From Pedococcus sp. (GTDB lineage Bacteria; Actinomycetota; Actinomycetes; Actinomycetales; Dermatophilaceae), in assembly GCA_036278855.1 (NCBI GenBank), contig DASUKI010000101.1, forward strand, positions 2,152 to 66,151: DNA of 64,000 nucleotides. Direction: 5' to 3'. How positions within the stretch are numbered: position 1 is the first letter of the stretch; every line of letters begins with the position of its first letter. This document shows positions 55,938 through 64,000 of this stretch, piece by piece. Position numbers and translations under genes: made by a program. The notes under the pieces were generated by a model, which did no database searches, was not told where the DNA came from, and worked only from the letters and a program-made list of their open reading frames with translations.

Positions 55938-56381
55938 TCAGAGCCGCGGGAACTCGATCATGGGGCAGGTGTCCATGACCACGTCGAGCCCGGCCGCCTC
56001 GGCGCGTGTTGCGGCGGACTCGTCAACGACCCCGAGCTGCAGCCACAGGGCGCCGATACCGAGGCGCTCCCGTTGGGCGATGGCTTCGTCCACGACCGCC
56101 CCGACCCGCGAGGAGTTGACGAAGCAGTCGACCACGGCGACCCGCTCACCGTCGGGCAGGTCGCTCAGCGAGCGGTAACCGGTCTCGCCGAAGACCTCCT
56201 CGGCACGGGGGTGGACGGGGATGACGCGATGACCAAGAGCCTGCGTCATCCACTGAGCCACTCCGTGCGCCGTTCGGTGTGGGTCGGTGGAGAGCCCGAC
56301 GACCGCCCAGGTCGCGGGCGTGGTCAGCAACCGCCGGATGACGGCAGGGTCGTTGGTGTGGGCCGTGACGATGCTGTTCAT
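55938..56381 (-). CDS. CoA-binding protein (YccU-like)
   Basis: AVVGLS, IPVHP, VVDCFV, WLQLGV, VVMDTCP. Confidence 0.85.
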   Translation of the reverse strand: MNSIVTAHTNDPAVIRRLLTTPATWAVVGLSTDPHRTAHGVAQWMTQALGHRVIPVHPRAEEVFGETGYRSLSDLPDGERVAVVDCFVNSSRVGAVVDEAIAQRERLGIGALWLQLGVVDESAATRAEAAGLDVVMDTCPMIEFPRL

Positions 56382-56418
56382 GCTCTGATCATCGTCCTCG
56401 CCGTGGTGGACCTTGCCC

Positions 56419-57759
56419 TCAGGTGTCCAGGACGGGTCGTCCGAGGGCCCGGAAGGTCCACCCCGCGTCACGCCACCGGGCGACGTCGAGGTTGTTGAAC
56501 CCATCGATGAGAACGGGGTTCCGGACGACCTTGGCGAGAGCTGCGGCGTCGAAGTCCCTGTACTCCGGCCATCCGGTCAGGTGCAGCACGACGTCGGCCT
56601 CGCGACACGCCTCTTCGATGTCCTCGGCGTAGTCGAGGTCGGGGAAGGCCTTGCGGGCATTGGGCAGGGCCTTGGGGTCGGTCACGGTCACCGTGGCGCC
56701 GAGCCGACGGATCGCCTCGGCGATGTGCAGCGCGGGCGAGTCCCGGATGTCGTCGCTGAACGGCTTGAACGCCGCCCCGAGGACGGCGACCCGCTTGCCG
56801 ACGAACGACCCGTCACACTCCTCACGGGCCAGGTCGACCATCCGCGCGCGACGCCGCTGGTTGATGGAGTCGACCTCCTTGAGGAAGCTCAGTGCCGGTT
56901 CGGCGCCGAGCTCCCCGGCGCGCGCCATGAACGCCCGGATGTCCTTGGGCAGGCATCCGCCGCCGAAGCCGATGCCAGCGCGCAGGAACTTGCGTCCGAT
57001 GCGGTCGTCGATCCCGATCGCGTCGGCGAGGGCGATGACGTCGGCCCCGGCCGCCTCGCACACCTCCGACATCGCGTTGATGAACGAGATCTTGGTCGCG
57101 AGGAAAGAGTTGGCCGCGGCCTTCACCAACTCGGCCGTCGCGTAGTCCATCACCAACCGAGGGATACCGGTGGCCAGGGGGGTGGCATAGACCTCGTCGA
57201 GCCGTGCCGTGTCCGCCCCGGCCCCCTGGCCCTGCACGCCATAGACGATGCGGTCCGGGGCGACCGTGTCCTGCACGGCGAACCCCTCGCGCAGGAACTC
57301 GGGGTTCCAGACCAGATGGACGGCCTCGCCCGCCGGCGCGATCTCCTTGAGCCGCAATGCGATTCGGGCGGCCGTGCCGACCGGCACGGTGGACTTGCCC
57401 ACCACCAGGGCGGGACGCTCGAGCACTCGGGCCAGCCCCTCGACCGTTGCGTCCACGAAGGTGAGGTCCGCGGCATACTCGCCCTTGCGTTGCGGGGTGC
57501 CCACGCAGATGAAGTGCACGTCGACGTCCGCCGCCGCGGCGTAGTCGGTGCCGAACGTCAGCCGGCCGGTGGGGAGGACCTTGGCGAGCAGGTCGTCGAG
57601 GCCGGGCTCGTAGAACGGCGTGCGTCCCGCGGCGAGCTCGTCGGCCCGCTCCGGCATGCTCGTGTCGATGGCCACGACGGTGTGGCCGAGGTCGGCCATA
57701 CAGGCGGCGTGGACGGCTCCGAGGGGACCGAGGCCGATGACAGAAATGGCGAGGGGCAT
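56419..57759 (-). CDS. ugd: UDP-glucose/GDP-mannose dehydrogenase
   Basis: IGLGPLG, PFYEPGL, CVGTP, KSTVPVGT, NPEFLREG, GFGGGCLPKD, FKPFSDDIRDS. Confidence 0.9.
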   Translation of the reverse strand: MPLAISVIGLGPLGAVHAACMADLGHTVVAIDTSMPERADELAAGRTPFYEPGLDDLLAKVLPTGRLTFGTDYAAAADVDVHFICVGTPQRKGEYAADLTFVDATVEGLARVLERPALVVGKSTVPVGTAARIALRLKEIAPAGEAVHLVWNPEFLREGFAVQDTVAPDRIVYGVQGQGAGADTARLDEVYATPLATGIPRLVMDYATAELVKAAANSFLATKISFINAMSEVCEAAGADVIALADAIGIDDRIGRKFLRAGIGFGGGCLPKDIRAFMARAGELGAEPALSFLKEVDSINQRRRARMVDLAREECDGSFVGKRVAVLGAAFKPFSDDIRDSPALHIAEAIRRLGATVTVTDPKALPNARKAFPDLDYAEDIEEACREADVVLHLTGWPEYRDFDAAALAKVVRNPVLIDGFNNLDVARWRDAGWTFRALGRPVLDT

Positions 57760-57808
57760 GTCGAGACAGTAACGTCTGCACAGTCCGTGCACCGAGAGGA
57801 AGACACAC

Positions 57809-58825
57809 ATGCGCTTCGGAATGTTCCTGCCGCAGGGATGGCGGATGGACCTTGTCGGCATCGATCCCGCACAGCACTGGGGAGTGATGGCCGGCCTCGC
57901 GAACCGGCTGGACGAGCAGCCCGAGTGGGAGTCTGTCTGGGTCTACGACCACTTCCACACCGTGCCGCGAGCCTCGGAGCACGCCACCCACGAGGCGTGG
58001 TCGGTGATGGCGGCGCTGGCGGCGAGCACGTCACGGGTCCGGCTCGGCCAGATGTGCACCTGCATGAGCTACCGCAACCCGGCCTACCTGGCCAAGGTCG
58101 CCGCCACCATCGACGTGATCTCGGAGGGCCGGGTCGAGATGGGGATCGGCGGCGGGTGGTACGAACACGAGTGGCGCGCCTACGGATACGGCTTCCCGTC
58201 GGCCGGTGAGCGGCTCGGCCGCCTGCGCGAGGGCGTGCAGATCTTCCGGGACATGTGGACGACCGGCTCGGCGACCCTCGACGGGGAGCACTACCAGGTC
58301 GACGGTGCGCTGTGCGCGCCCAGGCCGCTGCAGGGCACCACCTACCCGGGGTCCGCGCGCAACGGCATACCCACCTGGATCTGCGGCGGTGGCGAGCGCA
58401 AGACCCTGCGGATCGCGGCCGAGTTCGCCGACTACACCAACTTCGACGGGACACCGGACGTCTTCGCCCACAAGAGCGAGGTGCTCAAGCGGCACTGCGA
58501 CGACGTGGGGCGCGACTTCGGCGACATCACCCGCTCGGCCGACTACAACGTGGTCATCGGCGAGAACGACGCCGAGGTGAAGGACCGGCTGGCGTGGGCG
58601 CGCGACCACTACCTCAAGGCGGGCATGTCGGAGGAGGTCGCGGACAAGCAGTACGAGGCGCTCGCGTCCGGCCCGGCTGTCGGCACGCCGGACCAGATCG
58701 TGGAGGCGCTGCAGGGCCTGCGTGACGCCGGACTCGACTACGCGATCACCTACTTCCTCGAGGCGGCCTACGACACCTCCGGGATCGCGATGTTCGAGGA
58801 CCGGGTCATCCCCGAACTGTCCTGA
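57809..58825 (+). CDS. LLM class (putative F420-dependent) oxidoreductase
   Basis: WVYDHF, YRNPAYLAK, GRVEMGIGGGW, GGGE..TL. Confidence 0.88.
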   Translation: MRFGMFLPQGWRMDLVGIDPAQHWGVMAGLANRLDEQPEWESVWVYDHFHTVPRASEHATHEAWSVMAALAASTSRVRLGQMCTCMSYRNPAYLAKVAATIDVISEGRVEMGIGGGWYEHEWRAYGYGFPSAGERLGRLREGVQIFRDMWTTGSATLDGEHYQVDGALCAPRPLQGTTYPGSARNGIPTWICGGGERKTLRIAAEFADYTNFDGTPDVFAHKSEVLKRHCDDVGRDFGDITRSADYNVVIGENDAEVKDRLAWARDHYLKAGMSEEVADKQYEALASGPAVGTPDQIVEALQGLRDAGLDYAITYFLEAAYDTSGIAMFEDRVIPELS

Positions 58826-58828
58826 GCG

Positions 58829-58861
58829 GCGACGACGAGCGGCGAGGATGGAGCGGAGCGA
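58829..58861 (+). repeat. Dispersed intergenic repeat (other copy at 45139-45173)
   Basis: GCGACGACGAGCGGCGAGGATGGAGCGGAGCGA. Confidence 0.7.
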
Positions 58862-58948
58862 CACGCCGCCGAGGAGCGCGCGGGTGAAGCATGAGACTCA
58901 CGGCATACCGGCTCCCGCTGCAGCGAACTCGCCGGTAACATCGGTGCC

Positions 58949-60115
58949 GTGACCGCATCGGAATTTGACCTGTATGCCCTCTCCGAAGACCACGAGGCGC
59001 TGCGCGAGGCCGTGCGCCACGTGGCCGAGGACAAGATCGCGCCGCACGCCGCGGAGGTGGACGAGAAGAGCGAGTTCCCGCAGGCCGCGTATGACGCGCT
59101 GCGGGCCTCCGACTTCCACGCGCCGCACATCGCCGAGGAGTATGACGGGGTGGGCGCCGACGCGCTGGCGACCTGCATCGTGATCGAGGAGGTGGCGCGC
59201 GCCTGCGCGTCGTCGTCGCTGATTCCGGCGGTGAACAAGCTCGGCACCATGCCGCTGATCCTCGCGGCGTCCGACGAGGTCAAGGCGAAGTACCTCCCGC
59301 CGGTGGCGGCCGGTGAGGCGATGTTCTCCTACGGGCTGTCCGAACGGGAGGCCGGCAGCGACACGGCGGGGATGAGGTGCCGTGCGCTCGAGCAGCCGGA
59401 CGGGTCGTTCGTGCTCAACGGCCAGAAGTCGTGGATCACCAACGCTGGTGTGTCCCAGTTCTACACGGTGCTGGCGGTCACCGATCCCGATGGTCCGCGC
59501 GGGCGCAACGTCACGGCGTTCGTCGTGGAGAAGGACGACGAGGGCTTCGGCTTCGGCGAGAAGGAGCACAAGCTCGGCATCAAGGGCAGCCCGACGCGTG
59601 AGCTGCACTTCGACGACTGCCGCATCCCCGGCGACCGGATGGTGGGGTCACCCGGTGAGGGGCTCAAGATCGCTCTGCGGACGCTCGACCACACCCGCGT
59701 GACGATCGGCGCCCAGGCTGTCGGGATCGCGCAGGGCGCACTGGATTTCGCGCTCGGCTACGTCAAGGAGCGCAAGCAGTTCGGCAAGGCGATCGCCGAC
59801 TTCCAGGGCTTGCAGTTCATGCTCGCCGACATGGCGATGAAGCTCGAGGCGGCCCGGCAGATGGTCTACGTCGCGGCCAGCAAGTCCGAGCGTGGCGACG
59901 CCGACCTGCCGTTCTTCGGCGCGGCAGCGAAGTGCTTCGCCTCGGACGTGGCGATGGAGGTCACGACCGACGCGGTGCAGCTGCTCGGCGGCTACGGCTA
60001 CACCAAGGACTTCCCGGTCGAGCGGATGATGCGCGACGCCAAGATCACCCAGATCTACGAGGGGACCAACCAGATCCAGCGGGTGGTCATGGCCCGACAG
60101 CTGCTCAAGGGCTGA
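58949..60115 (+). CDS. Acyl-CoA dehydrogenase (FadE25-like)
   Basis: YGLSEREAGSD, NGQKSWITN, RKQFGK, QLLGGYG, IYEGTNQIQR. Confidence 0.93.
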   Translation: MTASEFDLYALSEDHEALREAVRHVAEDKIAPHAAEVDEKSEFPQAAYDALRASDFHAPHIAEEYDGVGADALATCIVIEEVARACASSSLIPAVNKLGTMPLILAASDEVKAKYLPPVAAGEAMFSYGLSEREAGSDTAGMRCRALEQPDGSFVLNGQKSWITNAGVSQFYTVLAVTDPDGPRGRNVTAFVVEKDDEGFGFGEKEHKLGIKGSPTRELHFDDCRIPGDRMVGSPGEGLKIALRTLDHTRVTIGAQAVGIAQGALDFALGYVKERKQFGKAIADFQGLQFMLADMAMKLEAARQMVYVAASKSERGDADLPFFGAAAKCFASDVAMEVTTDAVQLLGGYGYTKDFPVERMMRDAKITQIYEGTNQIQRVVMARQLLKG

Positions 60116-60147
60116 CCCCTCTCCACGCCCTCCGGCACGGGCCCCCG

Positions 60148-60238
60148 GTGCTCACGCCGGGCCGCTTTGCTCACCCAGGGCCGCTCCCCGCGGCGCCAGA
60201 ACCGGTCTGAATCGAGCAAAGCGGCCTGAGGTGAGCAC
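60148..60238. repeat. About 90-bp element with long terminal inverted repeats (REP/MITE-like or terminator)
   Basis: GTGCTCAC/GTGAGCAC plus GGCCGCTTTGCTC (60160-72)/GAGCAAAGCGGCC (60214-26). Confidence 0.7.
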
Positions 60239-60240
60239 GG

Positions 60241-62064
60241 TCAGCGGACGACCGTGCGGTGGCCGGCGTCGATCCGCCGGGTCCAGCCGCGCGCGTCGAG
60301 GTGCTCCAGCAGGGGTATGACGACCCGTCGCGTCGTCGACATCGCCTGCCGCGCCGCGCTGGTCGTGAAGGGCTGGGGGAGCGCGGCCAGCACGCGCATG
60401 GCTCGCGCCGGCCCGCTGGGCAGCAGCACGACGCCGTCGGCGAGGCGCAGGAGGCGCCCGGCGCGCTCGGCTGCCGCCAGCTCGCGCTCGCCGAGCCCGC
60501 GGGCCACGAGGTCGGGCTGCTCGGGCGCGGCGAACGGTTCGGCGCCGAGCCGCTCCTCGACCCAGCGCAGACCGGGCTCGGCCGCACCGAACGCGATCGT
60601 GGTGCCCGGCCGCGAGATCGCGCCCTCGCGGACCACCAGCCCGGCCGCCGCTGCGGCGGCCGCCACCAGCTGCAGGTCGGGCAGGTCCACCGCCGAGCGC
60701 GCGGCCTCGAGTGACAGCTCTGGGCTGAGCGGGTGGTCGTGGGCCGCGGCGTCGACTGCAGCGGCGAGCCCGACCTGCCAGCGCTGCCAGGTGTCGTCGG
60801 CGACCCACCACTCGCCTTGTCGCACCATGCCGTCCGGTGTCCCGGCCAGGTCCTGCTGCGGTATGCCGAGCGCCTCGAGCTGCGCGCCGCGCACGGCACC
60901 ACGGCGGGTCACCTCGGTGCGCAGGTCGGCCTCGCCGGTGGCCGTCTCCAGTGCCTCGGCCCGACGGTGCGCCGCACCGCGTCGGCGCAGCTGCGGCGGG
61001 TCGACGTCGAGCACGACCACACCGGCCACGACGAGGTGCCGCCCCGGGTCGCGCAGGATCGCGCGGTCACCGGCCTGCAGCGGAAGCGGCCGGGGGAGCG
61101 TGAGCCGAGCGGTGTCGGCGCCGAGCGGGCGGACGTGCACCGGTTGCGCGCCCGAGCCGAGGTGGAGCACGAGCCCCGCCGGAAGCGAGTCGAGATCCAC
61201 TGCGGCGCGTTGGCCGACGGGACGACCGAGAGCGGGGGTCGCGGCCAGGGGAGCGGTCAGGCGCACGTCGAGGTGCTGCGTGATCGGCCACGCGCCGGGC
61301 GTCAGCAACGCGTCACCGCGGCTCACCTCCTCGCGGCCGACACCGCGCAGGTTCACCGCGACCCGGGCGACCCCGTCGACCCGTTGGTGGGCGCGGCCGA
61401 GGCTCTCCAAGCCACGCACGGTGACCGGGCGGCCCCCGAGCGACAGCGTGTCACCGACCCGCAGCCGGCCTGAGCCGAGCGTCCCGGTGACCACCGTCCC
61501 GCTCCCGCGGACGGTGAACGAGCGGTCGACCCACAGCCGCACCCGGGCTCCCGGGTCGGGCGGCGGCATCAGGGCGGCCAGCTCGGCCAGCGCCTGGCGC
61601 AGCTCGGCCAGTCCCGCGCCGGTCCGCCCGGAGACCGCCACGGCAGCGACCTGGCCCAGGCTCGATCCCGACATCTGCGCTCGGGCCTCTGCGAGCGCCG
61701 CGGCGGGGTCGGCCAGGTCGCCGCGGGTGACCACGAGCAGCCCGTGGGCCAGGCCGAGGGCGTCGACCGCGGCGAGGTGCTCGGCCGACTGGGCCTGCCA
61801 GCCGGCGTCGGCGGCCACGACGAACATCACCGCCGGTGCCGGGCCGAGTCCGGCGAGCATGTTGCCGATGAAGCGCTCGTGCCCGGGCACGTCCACGAAG
61901 GCGATGGCCGCGTCGAGGTCCGCGGTGGTCCACGCATAGCCGAGGTCGATGGTCAGGCCGCGGCGACGCTCCTGCTCCCACCGGTCCGGCTCCATCCCGG
62001 TCAGGGCGCGCACGAGGGTGGACTTGCCGTGGTCCACGTGGCCCGCGGTGGCGAAGACGTGCAC
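60241..62064 (-). CDS. selB: Selenocysteine-specific elongation factor
   Basis: TAGHVDHGKS, RGLTIDLG, DVPGHERF, DRSFTVRGSGTVVTG, C-terminal TTRRVVIPLLEHLD winged helix. Confidence 0.96.
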   Translation of the reverse strand: MHVFATAGHVDHGKSTLVRALTGMEPDRWEQERRRGLTIDLGYAWTTADLDAAIAFVDVPGHERFIGNMLAGLGPAPAVMFVVAADAGWQAQSAEHLAAVDALGLAHGLLVVTRGDLADPAAALAEARAQMSGSSLGQVAAVAVSGRTGAGLAELRQALAELAALMPPPDPGARVRLWVDRSFTVRGSGTVVTGTLGSGRLRVGDTLSLGGRPVTVRGLESLGRAHQRVDGVARVAVNLRGVGREEVSRGDALLTPGAWPITQHLDVRLTAPLAATPALGRPVGQRAAVDLDSLPAGLVLHLGSGAQPVHVRPLGADTARLTLPRPLPLQAGDRAILRDPGRHLVVAGVVVLDVDPPQLRRRGAAHRRAEALETATGEADLRTEVTRRGAVRGAQLEALGIPQQDLAGTPDGMVRQGEWWVADDTWQRWQVGLAAAVDAAAHDHPLSPELSLEAARSAVDLPDLQLVAAAAAAAGLVVREGAISRPGTTIAFGAAEPGLRWVEERLGAEPFAAPEQPDLVARGLGERELAAAERAGRLLRLADGVVLLPSGPARAMRVLAALPQPFTTSAARQAMSTTRRVVIPLLEHLDARGWTRRIDAGHRTVVR

Positions 62065-62066
62065 GG

Positions 62067-63380
62067 CTAGGCCTCCGGGGACTCAGGTCCGGCGAGCGAG
62101 ACATCCGCCGCGAGCACGGCTGCCACCAACGCCTCGTCCTGTTCCTCGGGCACGCAGCGCAGGTCGAGCAGGGCGCGCCCGTGCTCGACGCGGCAGACGA
62201 CGCCCGGCTCACCAAGGCGCAGCGGCACGGCATACGACGCTGGTATGGCGACCGCCCACCCGGGCAGCGCCAGTCCCGGAGCTCCGCCGCCCCCGACCGC
62301 CCCGTCGGCCGGGACTACCTCGCCGCCGATCTCCTTCGCCACCGCTGCGCACCGCTCGCGGAGCCGGGCGGCGTCGGCGTGCAGGTAGGCCGTGGTCGGG
62401 GGACGCGGACCGGCCACGGTGGCCTCGAGGGCGGCGAGGGTGAGTTTGTCGACCCTCAGGGCGCGGGCGAGGGGATGGCGTCGGAGCCCCTCGACCAGGT
62501 CGGCGCGACCCAGCACGAGTCCGGCCTGCGGGCCGCCGAGCAGCTTGTCGCCGCTGCAGGTCACCAGGTCGGCGCCGGCGCGCAGGGAGCTGGCGGCGTC
62601 GGGTTCGTCGGGCAGCAGCGGGTCGGGCTCCAGGAGTCCGCTGCCGATGTCGCAGACGACGGGGACGCCGAGACCGGCCAGGTCGTGCAGGGGCACCGAC
62701 GAGGTGAAGCCCTCGACCCGGAAGTTGCTCGGATGGACCTTGAGCACACAGCCCGTGTCGGGCCCGAGGGCCTGCGCGTAGTCGGCCAGCGCCGTCCGGT
62801 TGGTGGTGCCCACCTCGCGCAGCCGCGCCCCGGTGGACGCGATCAGGTCGGGCAGCCGGAAACCGTCACCGATCTCGACCATCTCGCCCCGGGACACCAC
62901 CACCTCGCGGCCGGCGGCGAGGGCGGTGGTGGCGAGCACGAGCGCGGCGGCCCCGTTGCCCACGACGAGCACGTCCTCGGCGTCGGGCACGGCCTCCCGC
63001 AGCGCGGCCAGGGTGCCCCTGCCCCGGCGGGCGCGGGCACCGGTGTCCACGTCGAACTCCACGTCGACGTAGCCTGCCGCGCGAGTCATCGCCTCGACCG
63101 CGGCCCCGGACAACGGCGCTCGGCCGATGTTGGTGTGCAGCACGACGCCGGTGGCGTTGAGCAGGGGACGCAGGGAGGTGGCCGACCGTGGCAGCGACGC
63201 CACCGCGCTGCCGGCCACGTGGCTCGGTGCGATCTCCCCCCGGCGTGCGCGGTCCTGGGAGGCACGCACTGCAGCCTTCACCGAGTCCGCCCCGAGCCGG
63301 GAAGTGGCCTCGACGAGCCGCGGGTCGGCCAGCACCGTGTCGGTGCGGGGGACCTGGCGACGCGGATCGGACCGGGACAC
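62067..63380 (-). CDS. selA: L-seryl-tRNA(Sec) selenium transferase
   Basis: NATGVVLHTNIGRA, SRGEMVEIG, EVGTTNRT, KVHPSNF, SGDKLLGGPQAG. Confidence 0.96.
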   Translation of the reverse strand: MSRSDPRRQVPRTDTVLADPRLVEATSRLGADSVKAAVRASQDRARRGEIAPSHVAGSAVASLPRSATSLRPLLNATGVVLHTNIGRAPLSGAAVEAMTRAAGYVDVEFDVDTGARARRGRGTLAALREAVPDAEDVLVVGNGAAALVLATTALAAGREVVVSRGEMVEIGDGFRLPDLIASTGARLREVGTTNRTALADYAQALGPDTGCVLKVHPSNFRVEGFTSSVPLHDLAGLGVPVVCDIGSGLLEPDPLLPDEPDAASSLRAGADLVTCSGDKLLGGPQAGLVLGRADLVEGLRRHPLARALRVDKLTLAALEATVAGPRPPTTAYLHADAARLRERCAAVAKEIGGEVVPADGAVGGGGAPGLALPGWAVAIPASYAVPLRLGEPGVVCRVEHGRALLDLRCVPEEQDEALVAAVLAADVSLAGPESPEA

Positions 63381-63422
63381 GTGCCGATCCTAGGCGTGCG
63401 ACGTCCCGCGGCCTCCCGTGCC

Positions 63423-63527
63423 CCGCGGGCCGATGGGTGCGAAGTCCGCGGGTTCGTGGACTCGGCACGGTTCCGCGGGCCGATGGCGTGTGAAGTCCGC
63501 GGGTTCGTGGACTCGGCACGGCCGCGG
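63423..63527. repeat. About 50-bp tandem repeat (2 copies) with REP-like hairpin; related copy at 43205-43224
   Basis: CCGCGGGCCGATGG(C)GTGYGAAGTCCGCGGGTTCGTGGACTCGGCACGG twice. Confidence 0.85.
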
Positions 63528-63545
63528 GAGGGGAGCCGGGCCGGT

Positions 63546-63641
63546 TGGCGGAGGCGGACGGGAATCGAACCCGCCTGCGACAGATGCTGCCGCACACCGG
63601 TGTTGAAGACCGGGAGGACCACCAGGTACCTGTACGCCTCC
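63546..63641 (-). tRNA. selC: tRNA-Sec (UCA)
   Basis: 96 nt, GGAGGCG.../CGCCTCC-G-CCA, anticodon arm CCGGT-CTTCAAC-ACCGG, long variable arm, GGTTCGATTCC; lies between selA and selD. Confidence 0.95.
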
Positions 63642-63728
63642 GCCGGACACGCTAGCCGGTGTGCGGCGCGAGAGCCGCTGCGGGGTTCAGACCTGATCGC
63701 GTTCGGCGGCTGGTTATGGTCTGGGTGT

Positions 63729-64000
63729 ATGACCACCGACACCACACCGACCTACCGGCTGACCCAGTTCGCGCACGGGGGCGGGTGCGCGTGCAAGATC
63801 CCGGCCGGTGAGCTCGAGGACATCGTCCGCGGCCTGATCGGCACACCCGGACCGGAGCTGCTCGTGGGGCTGGAGGCCGGCGACGACGGCGCGGTCGTGC
63901 AGGTGCGCGACGACCTGGCCGTGATCAGCACCGCGGACTTCTTCACCCCGGTGGTCGACGACGCCTACGACTTCGGCCGCATCGCCGCGGCAAACGCCCT
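63729..64000 (+). CDS. selD: Selenide, water dikinase (partial; Cys form)
   Basis: Not in the ORF track. [25 protein letters not shown]...GDDGAV...[24 protein letters not shown]. Confidence 0.95.
   Translation, partial: [90 protein letters not shown]

Noticed and set aside
63423-63527. Possible CRISPR array
   Set aside because: Only two adjacent units, no unique spacers, no cas genes.
63390-63540. Hairpins upstream of selA as SECIS-like autoregulatory elements
   Set aside because: selA appears leaderless (TAGGAT 6 nt upstream), the mRNA-strand loop is AACC, and a similar hairpin occurs at an unrelated locus.

Overview
High-GC actinobacterial chromosome segment, probably Micrococcales (Intrasporangiaceae-like; this is an inference from gene content). 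Much of it matches the conserved actinobacterial core block cdd-deoA-add ... pmm-punA-lpdA-accA3-maf-accE/accD5-birA-gtrA-purK-purE-fadE. Contents: a pair of fused TMD-NBD ABC exporters; a split methylmalonyl-CoA mutase large subunit; a membrane-anchored RNase with barstar; a BMP-type nucleoside ABC importer with a full nucleoside salvage set, including deoC next to a split ALDH16-like pair; the 7-gene RDD/SpoIIM/DUF58/MoxR/DUF4350/DUF4129 membrane system; a LiuR-type module with its operator; acyl-CoA carboxylase genes; an adenylate cyclase; a two-component system; and, at the right end, selB-selA-selC(tRNA-Sec)-selD. No transposase, phage, rRNA or CRISPR was seen. The most unusual signal is non-genic. 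Operon spacers are occupied by (i) a palindromic MIRU-like repeat family flanked by ATGA, each copy a short ORF bridging the upstream stop to the downstream start, and (ii) unrelated chains of RTGA-overlapped micro-ORFs that do the same. About 20 genes look leaderless, including a divergent pair sharing one bidirectional -10 element. All annotation is by motif recognition; no database searches were run.
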